Below are positions 12,938-27,622 of a stretch of DNA of 64,000 nt, in pieces. The DNA comes from the human T2T-CHM13v2.0 reference genome, Homo sapiens, in NCBI RefSeq assembly GCF_009914755.1, contig NC_060945.1; one strand, 5' to 3'. Under the pieces are notes generated by a model. That model was not told where the DNA came from, did not search any database, and worked only from the letters and a program-made list of their open reading frames with translations. The translations under genes were made by a program, and so were the position numbers. Each line of letters begins with the position of its first letter. Positions within the stretch are counted from its first letter, which is position 1.

Positions 12938-15263
12938 AGGTAGAGGGGGAGGAAGAACATGCCAATTTTTACCACGTGATTGCTAAGTGATACTATGCGA
13001 TGTTAAGTTGGGTTAACTTCCAGACCAACAATTCTCCATAGGAACCCTGCCAGGTTACCACAAACGGCAAACAGGGCAGAGAAACAGGGCAAACCTGGTT
13101 TACGAGATTTTTTCCAGAGAAAATGTTTACCAGGTTGCCAAAGGCATCAGAATCAACGGAAATGACATCAATATTCAATAGTAGTGTAGCCACTCACATG
13201 CAGACTCCATTCCTAACTGAATTATTCCATTACATGTGCCTATTAAAAAAAAAACCAATCATGCACACATAGACACATACCAAGCTGTCATTATTGAATG
13301 CCTATTCATGGATGTATCGATAATAAAAGACAGTGAGGAGGCTGACTTGATTATATTTTAACTGACTTACATGACCAATAAAGCAATAAACTTATTTCCC
13401 TCCATGGGCAATTTTAGTGGTTGAGTATATTTTTAGCATTTCCCTCTGGAGATATAGCTTTATGAACTTCACATGACCCAAACTTTTAATCCACCCCATT
13501 TGCGCAAGTTTTTCTTTTTCTCTTTAATAGGATGATAGAAGACTGGAACATAACTGCCTAATTCTGAATTTCAGACTATCTTTCTAAACACAGCACAACA
13601 CAGGGAGAAGCAACTACCTTCTAGACCATAAATGGCAGAGATCTAGAAGCGGCCAGACAAGGGGTATGAGAAAAAGTATTACAAACAAAAGAAACAGACA
13701 GATGCCACATTTTTGTAGCAGCAACTCTGCGGAAGCCAACTGCTTCTCAGACCTGACCCAGCAGCCACAATGGACTTTTAGATGAATGATCCCTCACCAG
13801 CGGAGCTCACAGTGGGGGTGGAGATCCATTCCAGCTGATAGTAGGGACGAGCAAGCAACTACTGAAAGGGCTTTGGTGCTTTTGCTTCATTGGTGCTTTT
13901 CAGTTTTATTTCAAAAATTATAATAATAAAAAAAAAGACTCTAGGTGTCTGGATCAGTATGCCACATGATTTATAGCACATAAAATCATGGAAAGTCATG
14001 CCACTTCCTGATAGCACACAGCTCACGCTGGCCACTGAAACCTTTTTTCTGACTAATTCATTCCATACCGTAGTTTTCCATGGCTGATTCATAACCATAT
14101 CCTACTTTTCTCATTTCCTGAAATGATTCTGATGAAGCTTATTCCACATAAAAAGTGGAACAATATATAAAACCCAGACACCTAGGTACAATTTAAAAAT
14201 CTTAACTCTAAATCCCAAATCAACATTTGGCCATACATTCCTAAGATGAACCACTGTTTCTGGATTCTAAAGGACACTGTATATTCCAGTAAGCAAGCCT
14301 GTAGCACAGTGCTGGGTTCATGATCAAAACGCACTGAGTTCATTCCAGAGTCAGCTCTACTTGTGATGAAACAAATAACCTATAAAGCGAAATCTTTTCA
14401 GACCAAAGAGAGGTCTGAAATCAAGAAGAAACATAATGAGGATGCAAAGGGGATAAGAAGCAGCAACTACACCCTGGCTCTGTAAGACGGCATGTCATCA
14501 CACCTTACTCAAAGGGACTCCTCAATATTTAATCAGCGATTTTTTACATTATTACCTAAAGGAACTGGAGTACTTTAAGTTGCCTCAATTTGCTGGCATT
14601 TTAAGGAAGATAAATGCTTTAGAATTACTTATGATTAAGACAAAAATCTCAGAAACAATGCACTATTCGAATCTTTAGCTAGAGCTCTCGGGAGGAGAGT
14701 AAACAAGATAACTCTACTGGTTGCTTCTCATACTCATCTTCTTTCTTTGAGACAGAAATCTTTTTATTTTCCTAGTTAGTAATCAAGTATGTGTTTCTAT
14801 GGAAAAAATGTAAACACATTTTGAATTATGCCATCGCTTTCACCTTGAAATCATTATTTTATTAAGAATCACTCAGTATTTCTAACTACCTACTAGCAAG
14901 TCATTTTTAGAAATCTTTCTTTCAAAGTGAATTCTGTATTAGGTGCTGAAAGTGTGGTGCTGAAACCACAGAGCTGCTGATACATCTGGAGGCTGGGGTA
15001 AACACTGGCTGCTGAAACCACCAGGTGAGAGGCGGATCAGGAATTGCAGAAGCTGGGCCAGACTGAACACACCTGAAGCCAGGGATGGTGCTTTTAACAT
15101 CACAGAAGGAGACAATCAGTGATCACATGCGTCTTGGTGTACAGCAATAGTCAGTACAGGATATTTCGTGTGAAGTAGTCTTGTCCAAATAAAAACAAAA
15201 CAAAAACAAAAAACTCTGATTTTTCAGCAAGCTCCCAGGCCTCTGAGTTTAGATAAATAGATG

Positions 15264-15627
15264 TATATTAGTCCGTTTTCATGATGTTGATAAAGACATA
15301 CCTGACACTGGGCAATTTACAAAAGAAAGAGGTTTAATGGACTCACAGTTCCACGTAACTGGGAAAGCATCACAACCATGGTGGAAGGCAAGGAGGAGCA
15401 AGTCACATCTTACATGGATGGCAGCAGGCAAAGAGAGCTTGTGCAGGGAAACTCCCATTTTTAAAACCATCAGATTTTGTGAGCCTTATTTACTATCATG
15501 AGAACAGCATGGGAAATACCTGCCCCCATGATTCAATTATCTCCCACTGGGTCCCTCCCACAACACGTGGGAATTATGGGAGCTACAAGAAGAGATTTGA
15601 GTAGGGACTCAGAGCCAAACCATATCA
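15264..15627 (-). mobile_element. THE1 (B/C-like) solo LTR
   Basis: TATTAGTCCGTTTTCAT...GATAAAGACATACC at one end and GCCAAACCATATCA at the other (reverse complement of THE1 termini). Confidence 0.9.
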
Positions 15628-15941
15628 GAGGGAATGCAGAGATGTGCTAAACAGTGCTAACAGTGCACTTGCTGTTTCCAGACTGTGGGACAGCCTATGA
15701 GACAGATGAAAACAGTTTCACTGGGGACCTATGACAAAGGATGGAGAAACCAGATGAAAAGAGACAGAAGAGACAGATCACTGAAATGCAGTGAGTGCCT
15801 CTTATTTGGATTCTAACGCAAACACGCTAATTATAAAAAGACATTCATGAGCCAATCGGGGACATTTGAACACAGAATGGATATTTGGTGATATTAAGAA
15901 AGTACATTTACTTTATTTTTGTTAAGTGTCCTTATCTCTTA

Positions 15942-16190
<249 letters not shown>

Positions 16191-16354
16191 TTACTCCATG
16201 GTGGGAAGTGTGGGAAGGAGGATTCCATGTACTGATAATTGTTGAGGCTGGGTGAGGAGCTGAATATAGGGAGTTCATTAGAATATCTTCCATGCTTTTG
16301 TATACACTTGACAACCTCCATAATAAAAAGGTATTTTTAAAAAAATAAAAGGCA

Positions 16355-17151
<797 letters not shown>

Positions 17152-17397
17152 TTAATGATTTTTCAAGTGAGGTCTCTGATACTCTGATGATACTAAAAAT
17201 ATACAACAGAACTCTCTTGGAAATAGTTTATTTTTGCAATCATTGTAATACAGTCAGTAGCAAAAATATTTAGAACACTTTTCAAAAGGCTAAAAAAATA
17301 TGACAGAACGTTTCAGTGCACCGTTCAGGTGAAGACCAAGTATTATTGAAGTTTTTGTTTCTTCCAATGTAACAGAAGAATACTGAGCCCAGTGGTG

Positions 17398-17405
17398 TGA
17401 CGTCA
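17398..17405. promoter_or_regulatory. Full CRE palindrome TGACGTCA
   Basis: Exact 8-mer with unmutated CpG in unique sequence; function not shown. Confidence 0.3.
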
Positions 17406-17454
17406 ATCACATTACCTATGAGGTTGCAGGGCCATGCTGAGAAGGGTGCTTTCA

Positions 17455-17874
<420 letters not shown>

Positions 17875-18339
17875 CTAGATAAGCCACATGGACACCTCAC
17901 ACTTGGATGGCTCACTCCAGCCACCTATGTCAGAAACACTAACTCATAATTCCCACAACGCCCCACTGAGGTGTGCAGGTGGCAGCCCACATGTTTCTGT
18001 TCCATCTATGGAAGGCTGGTGCAGGTCACGTGATTGCTCAAGTCGGGGAATGAGTCAAAGGGAAGGCTAGAAAGACAGTCCAACCCAACACCCTGAGATC
18101 CCAGCAGGCACCTTTAACTATCACAGTGTGCCTTTGCCAAGCCTAGGGAAGATGCTAAAATGAGTGACAGATTCAGTTACATTAGCAAGTAACACGTGGT
18201 GGCTTTTTAAAATTTGAGACAATTTTTTAAAATAGTAAACATCAACACAACTTTCTCATTTAACATACTTGAAAGATGAGAAAGGTGGTGGCCATCTTTC
18301 ACAAAAAAAGATGATGCTGATAGATTTAACAGCCACTAG

Positions 18340-18560
18340 TGATGAAGATGGCGATGATGAAGATGATGAGAAATAGCAGCGATCTGAAATTGACTGCCAG
18401 TCACCTATCAGGTATGGATGTAAGCAGTCAACACTCACTCTCTCATGTAACCCTCAAGCCACTCTAGGAGACAGGTACTATCACTTTTTTATAGGTGAGG
18501 AACTAAGGCTACATGTTGTGCTTAATTCTCTTGGATGTCCGACCTGGAATCAGAATTTGA
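18340..18560 (-). mobile_element. MIR with degenerate (GAT)n tail
   Basis: CTCATGTAACCCTCA...GGTACTATC...ATAGGTGAGGAACTAAGGCT. Confidence 0.55.
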
Positions 18561-21461
18561 GGTAAAGTGACAATGAAATTGTACCCAGCCTAAACCAAAT
18601 TCTTAAAATAGTGAAGAATAATCCATCAAGCCCGTGATGAACTATGTTGACAAGTTCAAGCTGTTGAGGAGGTGCTTGTGCATTACTGATAGAAAAGGAT
18701 AATGCTTTTCATGCTGCCGACCATTCACAAGACATTTGGCTATTCCATAAAAGAGATTCTCCCTCTCGAACTCCGAGGGAGAAGGCTGTTTCAGGTTCCC
18801 ATCACCAAACCACTCTGCAGCTGGGGTGCCCTGCTACCCGGTGCAGGAGCCCTGCACCAACACTCTGACAAAGAACTCCATGAGACAGTCAGAGATGGAA
18901 AGGTTTGCCAGGCCAGGACTTCCTCTAGGAAAGCAGGCCTCAGGTTCAGACCTGTTTAAGCTGACACCCGACTCCACCTCCACCGTGACTGAGACTCGAG
19001 ATGACTGATGAGCTGGAATGATCAAGAAAGGCTAAGAATCATCAGGAAAGGAAATGATCAAGAAGAAAACGTTCATCATTGTTTAAGAAGGCAGGGTTGG
19101 ACTGTCCATTTTAGACACTGATTCCTCAAATGGTTAAACATCACATTTCTAACAACCAAGAGGCTATATACCCTTCAGCTCTACGGAAAATCTGGTCATC
19201 TCAAACAACATATTTCCTAAAGATTTTGAATTGTAGAGTTTTACTCTGGTTTTTCAAGGAACCACGGCATCTTCAAAAGGACACTGGTTCTAGGAGTCTG
19301 AAGTCCTGGTTTCTAGCTCTCGCTTTTCCAGTAACAAACTGAGTTGCACTGGGGAGAACATTTCATCTCCTGGATCTCGCCCTGTCTGTCGCAAAATCAA
19401 CGGTAAAGGCTCCCTGGGCTCCAATGCTCCAATGGAATTCTGGGAATCCAAAAGGATGTGACCGGAAAGAACACAATCATGGATAATCTCATTCAGCTTA
19501 TATAAGTGAACAAAGTGTGGGAAAGCAAGGCAGAGGTATTAGCACTCAAGTGTATTAATATCTATGCTAATGGAATACTACAAGAAACATTCCATCTAAA
19601 TGCTAAAAATAGGTTTCCAATTAATCATAATTTAACAAAATATAAATTGCTGTCAGTCTAGCTACATGAAATTCCCACTAGGGCCACTGGAAATTGAGAG
19701 AATGCAAAGATGGATGGATGTAGTCTACTTATTCCAGGAATAGTTGGAAAATTTGGAATAAGGCCAGGATTAGGGAAAAAATAAAACAAAACTTGCCTGA
19801 CAAATTGAGTAGTGTTGGGAAGTTTAATACAATCTGTGACTGATTCACAGCACAGGAGTCTTTCTGTAAGAAGAGCCCTGTTTGTTCTGGGCAGTGGCTT
19901 ATATGTTCAAGAACGAGTTCAGATGAGTGCAACTTCAAGTAGAGCTCCACAATGAATCCAATTACGTAGGCGGCCACCACAGCACTTCTTTAACTTTCGT
20001 AGGCAAGGAAGAAGATAAAGAACTCATTTGTAAGGTATACAAATGCCCTGCTGGTAATGGTCTAATAAGCCTAACAATTTAAATGCCATGCTCTGAAATA
20101 ACCCTTTGTTTCGGTGGATTGAGTCAGCCAAAGTATCCGGAACTGGGTCCCACAGAGGGTCCTGATGTTCTTTGGAACATAGCTCACATTTTCCAGTTTA
20201 TTATGCAGGTTCTGACTGATAATAATTCTGTCACAGTCAACCTACACTTTGCAGTTTACAAGGTCATTTCACATGTATTAACTCTTTCAAGTTTCTCTAA
20301 AACCTGGAGAGGATATAGGGAAGGTGTTAACTATCCTTACCTTTGAAGAAAGGAGGCTTGGTGAATTGAGACTACTTGCCTAAGGTCAGGCAGCTCACAA
20401 TCGCCAGCATCAACATTCACATTCCTGCCCTGTGATTCTGTGGTCCTGGATGGCTGTACCCAAATATTTCTTCCTGAAGGTCTTTGAGTTAGTCCTGAAA
20501 AAGGCACGGTTCAGGTACACTGACATGCCTTCAAGTTTCCACGGTGAGCCAGTGAACATTACTTAACGAGAGCAATGGTGAGCTCATGCAGATCTCAGGC
20601 TCTGAACTGAGAAAATGTTCAGACCATTAAAAAACCTTTCTCCCCCAAACAATTTTGTCTTTTAATCTAAGAAGTCAGGTTCTTGGCATTTCTGACCACT
20701 CTAACACAAATCCAGAATTTGCCTAAGCGAGCAAAAGAGGATGCACAAATCATGACTGTAACAAGCCTGGTTTAGTCTGACGGGGTTGCCGGTACAGGCA
20801 CATTCTAGGATAGATGCAGGCAGCCCATGAAAGTCCCAGGGAAAGAAGTCCACACTGGGAGGGGCTAAAAGCTTCGGACAGGTGGCTAATTCTAAAGTTC
20901 CTTCTGTGAACTGCTCCACATAAGCAAAGCAACCTAGACTTCCCTAAGAATTTGAAAGCAGGATCTTACTTTATCATTTTTCCATCTTTTACGCTTAGAA
21001 CAAAGAAGTAACAAAGAATAAGAATAAAAATCAAGGAGAAAGAACAGAGGCAAACAATAGTGCCCATACTGATACTTATTTTAAGATTGTTGATTTTTGT
21101 GGGACATCCATTTCCTGGAAAACTTTACAAAAGAGGATTGTTGTAAAGTTCTAAATGATGAAGACAGGGCTTTATAACGGAAACCATTTCTCAATTCTTT
21201 AATAATTTTAATACTTAATAATTAGCACCAGAAGAAAATTTGGTTGAAGTGATGACAAAAAGAAAATCATGTGTGAAAAATTGGAAATATTGACATGATT
21301 TCACAAAGACATCAGAAGAATGATACATTTGTGCAGGAAGTACAGTAAGAGCCTGGGGGAAGCTAAATGGAAAATTAGTGGTCAAATAAAGAAACAAAAG
21401 AGAGCAATGTCCAGTAAGGCCATTCTGACTATAAAGCCATTCTGACTATACTCTTACAAAC

Positions 21462-21839
21462 TGATGTGATTTGGCTCTGTGTCCCCACCCAAATCTCACC
21501 ATGAATTGTAATCTCCATAATCCCCACATGTCAAGGGTGGGACCAGGTGGAGGTAATTGGATCATGGGGGTGGTTTCCCTCATCCTGTTCTGGTGATAAT
21601 GAGTGAGTTTCAGGGGATCCGATGATTTTATAAGTGCCTATCATTTCCCCTGCTTGCACTCACTCCATCCTGCCGCCCTGTGAAGAAGGTTGCCTGCTTC
21701 TCCTTTGCCTTCCTCCATGATTGTAAGTTTCCTGAGGCCTCCCCAGCAATGCAGACTGTGAGTCAATTAAACCTCTTTCCTTTATAAATTACCCTCTCTA
21801 GGGTAGTTCTTTATAGCAGCATGAGAATGGACTAATTCA
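21462..21839 (+). mobile_element. MSTA/THE1D-like solo LTR
   Basis: TGATGTGATTTGGCTCTGTGTCCCCACCCAAATCTC...GAATGGACTAATTCA; 5-bp TSD CAAAC at 21457-21461 and 21840-21844. Confidence 0.92.
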
Positions 21840-21934
21840 CAAACTAGTGCTGTGTTGACATCATGATCAGAGTAAATACGGGATAAAAGTTCCCAAGCTA
21901 TGCAACTTTCTCCAGCAGGAGAAACTTTTTTTTG

Positions 21935-22856
21935 GGCAAGTGGTTACTTTAAAACTTTATTTTTAGTACAAGGGAAAATGATCCCAAAAGTGTATTTGTA
22001 AGCTATGGTTTGACTATTTTTGATGTCAGGAACTGTGATTCACCTACAATATCCAACTTATTTTAAATATTATTCTAATGCTCTCTACCTAAACAAAAAT
22101 ACATTTGAAATAGTGAAATCTTTCTCCAAGAGTTAAAAATACTGGAGCTAGTTTTGCTTGGCTGGTCTGAAATACTTGAAAGCAGAACTGCAAGAACTAG
22201 CACTTTCTGGAAAGTGTTGACCTCTTTCTGGATAATTTTATAAAGAAGTTAGCTACCTCAGTAAACTGTTTATGAAAAAAAGAGAAGCTAAACATGAATC
22301 CATGCACAGTGTCAATGCTTTTGATACTGAATTCTAACTCAAGACCTGAATTTTAACTCAAGAATATTCCGTCAATATTGGCCCGACGTTCAGGGCCACG
22401 GTGGTCCCACAGCTGAGGACAGCTGGAGCACGCTGGGCTGCTCCTGCCCACTGCAATTTTCTATAGGCTCACAGGATTGAGGGATTTGGTTCCTTAAAAG
22501 GCTCCAGATCCTATCCCTTCTCATTCGGAGACTACCCAGAAAATCCCTGGTCATTTATCACTGCAGTGCACTGGTGCCACACTCAATTACATTTCCTTCC
22601 ATGTGACTGCATTAACCAGAGTGGGGCACTCCCAGATCTGCCCCATACTTTCTGTGAGGTCATACTGAACAAGCACTTCAAGAAAATCTGACTGAATGCT
22701 CCATGAATTCCATTATGAAGGCATATAAAACAATCATCTTGCTCCATTTCCCTCAGGGGCAATTTCTTAAGGCTACGTTTTGGCCAGAAGTCAATAAAGA
22801 CTTCATGGAGCACCGATTTACTCTGCAGTGACATCTTTTGGTACATTCTTACGCTC
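21935..22856 (-). other. Candidate minus-strand terminal exon
   Basis: Acceptor GTGTTTGATTTTCCAG| (AG at 22858-22857), repeat-free body, AATAAA on minus at 21961-21956; motif-only. Confidence 0.2.
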
Positions 22857-23214
22857 CTGGAAAATCAAACACTCTATATTCCATGACTTCCCCAAATATT
22901 CTGCTCCATTGGTCATCACTGATTAGATGCCTGCCATGTGCCAGGCATTCCCAGGAAAGCGTATTTCCATGGTGGCATATGAATAAAGCCAGGTGACAAA
23001 TGCTGTGGGCAAGGGGAGCATGCACAGAGGGTCCCCGAGGAGTGATGTGGGAGAGCAGAGGCGACATGGGTGGTGCCACCTCAGTCCCTCTTCCCAAGGT
23101 GCTCTCACTCACCTGAAACTTATCCTAGACTTTGAAAGTCTAGAATACTTTCAAAAGGACACTTTCACATCAACTCAGGCAAATGCAAAAGTTAAATTCT
23201 CCATTGTCAACGGT

Positions 23215-23400
23215 GGTATCAGGGCTCTGGGCTACCCAGGATCAAATCCCAGATTCGCTCAGCCCTCGCCACCTTTGGTAAGTTATTTGATCTCCATGTA
23301 CTTTAGTTTTCTCATCCATAAAATACAATAATAATACCATGGTACCTAGCTTGTGCAGTGGTGATGAGGATTCAATGAGATAGGTGTAAAATGCTCATGG
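23215..23400 (+). mobile_element. MIR SINE
   Basis: GGGCTCTGG...GGATCAAATCCCAG, TTTCTCATCCATAAAAT, GAGGATTCAATGAGAT. Confidence 0.7.
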
Positions 23401-24183
23401 TACCCAGTGATATTATAATAACGCACAGTAGGATATTCTTATCTACGATAATCAGAGATCCTATTCATGTTGCATCCATGGCAACCTGCTGCCACCAGCA
23501 CGCCATCAGCTTATCTTATTAAGTTGCCTATTTTGTTCCTCTTCATTTCCACCTTTGTTTGACACACAGAACAGGGACTCTTCCATAAACAAACCTTTTA
23601 ACTTCCCCTTACCTCCACACGCACACCATTGCCATCAGTATTGATTGTGGTGTCCGCTGTTTTCAGGGTAAAGGAACATGGGGAGACAAAGACCCCAACT
23701 TGTTAGAACTAACATCTAAAGCAGAAAGCCAGTTCTCTCACTTTAGCCACCAGAAACCTGAGAACACACAGTAAAATCTAGCATAAAACTCAACTTGGGG
23801 CCAATCTGACAGAATATTTTTGAGTTAAAATTTAGGGTTTATTGATGTGGACACTGAAAAGTAATCCAACCTTTCTGGAAAACCATTTGACAAAATGCAA
23901 TCATATTTATAAAGGGTCCGTAGTCTTGAGAGTTGGTAATTCCATTTGGGGAAATTATTCCTACATTAAAAAAGATAAGTTGTATAAAGATGTTTAAGTC
24001 TGCTGTTTATGACAGAAAAAACATGTGGGGAAATGAAGAAACAGCTACCGTTCACTCAGCAGAGTGCTGGTTTATCAGCACCAAGGGCAGGGAAGCATGA
24101 AAAGGCTTCCAGAACTGCATTGAACTTAGCATGGCTGAAGCCCATGGGGTAGGGCAGTGTATTAGTCCATTCTCACACTGCTA

Positions 24184-24550
<367 letters not shown>

Positions 24551-25491
24551 AAAGAACTACCCGACATTGGGTAGTTTATAAAGGAAGAGGTTTAATCAAC
24601 TCACAGTTCCGCATGGCTGGGGAGGCCTCAGGAACCTTACAATCATCGTGGAAGGCACCCTTCACAGGGTGAAAGAAGAGAGAATGAGTGCCAGCAGGGG
24701 AAATGCCAGACACTTTATAAAACCATCAGATCTCAGGAGACTCACTATCACAAGAACAGCATGGGGGAAACCGTCCCCACGATCTGACCACCTCCACCTG
24801 GTCCCCACCCTTGACATGTGGGCATTATGGGGATTACAATTCAAGATGAGATTTCGGGTGGGGACACAGCAAACCATATCAGGCGGGGGGATCACAGGGC
24901 AGGAAATGAATAAGAAATGAAGCTGGAGAGGCAGGCAGGGGCCAGATCCGTTGGTGGAGGAACCCGGAAACTGTCCCATAAGAACTGTGAGACTGCCAGA
25001 AGGAAGGAATGCAGCCAGGCTGCGATTTGGGGGAAGACTGCCCTGGGCCGCCCAGAGCCTGATGTGAAAGGAGACTGGGGAAAGGAGAGAACAGGGAGGC
25101 AGGGACAGACAGCCAGGGTAGCAAGGAGGGCCAGGCCAGTGAATAAGAGTGGAATAGCAACACAGCGGAGAGTCACAACCACATGAAATGTGGGTTGTGA
25201 TCACTGGAAAAAATTTAAAGTAAAGCTGAAGTAATGTAAGTTGGATACAATATTCATTAATTATTTTTCTATGAAGTTTATAAAAGCCTCATAACTATAA
25301 ATATACATATTTATATTTTAAAATCCTGGGCTTGACCTCTGCTTGTCATCTAAGATAGTGCTACCCAATATGTGATCAGTGGGGAGGGGCCAACATGTCA
25401 TGAGGGAAAACCAGAAAAAGAGAATTAGCCTTTAAAACCTTTAAATTTATCAGAAAACTTGTATGACTGTTGGAACTAATAAGAAAAAGCT

Positions 25492-25785
25492 GACCGGGTG
25501 TGGTGGCTCACACCTGGAATCCCAGTGCTTCGGGAGGCCAAGACAGTAGGATTGCTTGGGCCCAGGAGTTAAAGACCAGCCTGGGCAACAAGTGAGACCC
25601 CATCTCTACCCAAAATTAAACAAACAAACAAACAAAACCAGTCAGGCATGGTGGCGTGCACCTGTGCCCAGCTACTGGGGAAGATTGCTTGAGCCCAGGA
25701 AGTCAAAGTCAACAAGTGAGCCGTGATGGTGTCACTGCAATCTAGCCTGGGCAACAGAGTGAGACCTTGTCTGAAAAAGAAAAGA
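25492..25785 (+). mobile_element. AluJ (short internal deletion in right arm)
   Basis: J-type GCTTGGGCCCAGGAGTT, GCTTGAGCCCAGGAAGTC; TSD AAGAAAAAGCT. Confidence 0.88.
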
Positions 25786-27207
25786 AAAAGCTAAGGCTTG
25801 TATTCCATGTCTCTTTTTGTTCCACTTCATTCTTCTAGTAATTCACTTTTATCATATTATGTTTATCCGTTGGCAACAGGTTGGAAATTTAAACAAAAAC
25901 CAGGTTTCCCTGGTAGATAGTTTGAGAAGTGCTAACTAAAGACATCACATTCCTGCTGGGCTTTCAGGGCTTGGCAGTGCACAGAGGGCAGCCTGCTCCA
26001 GCTCACACTCTGTGGCAATGTCACCTATCCTATCCCGTGCCCTCAAATGGGGGCTACTGCTCCACTGACACGCTGGTTGGGAAGGTGAGGGCGCTGCAGC
26101 TGAAACAGCTGTATTACACAGGAGTACAGCCATAACTGAGGAAGATGCTTCTTTAATAACCACTTATATGAGTGTGTGTGTATATGTATTGAACAAACTG
26201 TTCAACAGATGGGAAAACATGGCCTACACAAGAAATGGTGCCACTACATAGCCCCAGAACCCTTTCCTGACCAACACATTCATTTTTTGTCATTTTAAAA
26301 GGCAGTATTAGGTGAATTCAATGAGCCTCCTTCTATGTGTGCTCGGCAAAACGTGTGGCTTACATAACTAGCACAAAGAGCTGGTATACCTTGTGATATA
26401 ATACACTTCACAGTATCTCTTTCCCAGCGACCATGTATACACATTTGCCTGAAGCTCTGCAAGGGCGGAGCTCACACCTGGGTTTTGCTCCCCAATGTGT
26501 GTGTGTTCGTGTGAACCATCTACCAGGTGTCGGGGCTGGAGACTACGTTCACGCAGGAACACTTTCCGTCACCTGCTGAACCTGCTACGTCTCTGGAATG
26601 TACTACACAACAGTACAGCAGAAGTGGAGATATTTCTGGCCTAAGGGAAAGGGGCACTACTTCAGAGCTGCATAAAGATGAAATGGGCTGTCTAGGGACA
26701 GAGGAAGCTGCCTTTTCCTGCGAGTAGGTAGAGGACGGGCAACCATGTGGCATGTGGCTGGGCAGTCCAGCCCCAGAGTGGAGTGCTTCTGGGCAAATGA
26801 CTCCCAGAGTCTTCTCCTAATCCAGGGTCTCCAAATTCTGTGCGAACCCCAGATCCACTCAATATTCCAGGACTAGGGTCTGCGGCAGGTTACCCTTCCT
26901 GAACAAATGGCCACTAACATTCCCTGAGTCCACATGGCTGAAAGTTACACTTCATGGCAACAAACTGTAAATAAAATATGTTCCATTTTCCTTCCTTGAA
27001 AAAAAATGTGGTCACAGTGACCTGGAAGGCCACATTCAAATTTAGGATTCTCAGCTCCCTGGAGTCCCTCACTGGAATGGACAAAGAATGGAGAGTGGGA
27101 CCAGGCCTCACCTGAAGACCCAGGCCTTACCTGAAAAAAAGGGGCAGAGGAGGGGTCAGAAGCACACCAAGCAAACTCACTTCACTGTTCTCTGACCTGA
27201 TGGTTTT

Positions 27208-27622
27208 TGTGTTGGTCCCTGCTGTGTTGCTCTCAGGGAATACCCGAGACTGTGTAATGTATAAAGAAAAGAGGTTTACTTAGCTCATGGTTCTGCAGGC
27301 TGTACAAGCACGCACCAGCTCTGCTCGGCTTCTGGTGTGGCCTCAGGAAGCTTCTACTCATGGTGGAAGGTGAAGGGGGAGCAGGCGTGTCACATGGCAA
27401 GAGAAAGAGCGAGAGAGGAGGAGGTGCCAGGCTCCTTTAACCAACCAGCTCTTCTGTGAACTCATAGAGTAAGAACTCAACTCACTACTGCAAGAACAGC
27501 ACCCAGCCGTTCATGAGGGATCTACCCCCTTGACCCAAACATCTCCCACCAGGCCTCCCTCCAACACTGGGGATCACATTTCAACATGACATTTGGAGGG
27601 GACAAACATCCAAACTACACCA
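27208..27622 (-). mobile_element. MSTB-like solo LTR
   Basis: GGAATACCCGAGAC...AAAGAAAAGAGGTTT, GGCTTCTGGTGTGGCCTCAGGAAGCTT, GGGGATCACATTTCAACATGA...CATCCAAACTA. Confidence 0.88.

Noticed and set aside
18311-18376. sORF MMLIDLTATSDEDGDDEDDEK resembling a PIAS-type SUMO-interacting motif
   Set aside because: The acidic run is a degenerate (GAT)n tract at the tail of an adjacent MIR; no flanking PIAS-like sequence
18634-18689. GTGATGA...CTGA, C/D-box snoRNA-like
   Set aside because: Short, no terminal stem, no guide complementarity I can identify
19005-19050. CTGATGA...GAAA hammerhead-like cores (also checked at 28786 on minus)
   Set aside because: The required stems I-III cannot be formed
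24662-25204. 180-aa minus-strand ORF
   Set aside because: The C-terminal part is MST LTR and the rest is low-complexity pyrimidine-rich sequence; non-ATG start and no recognisable domain
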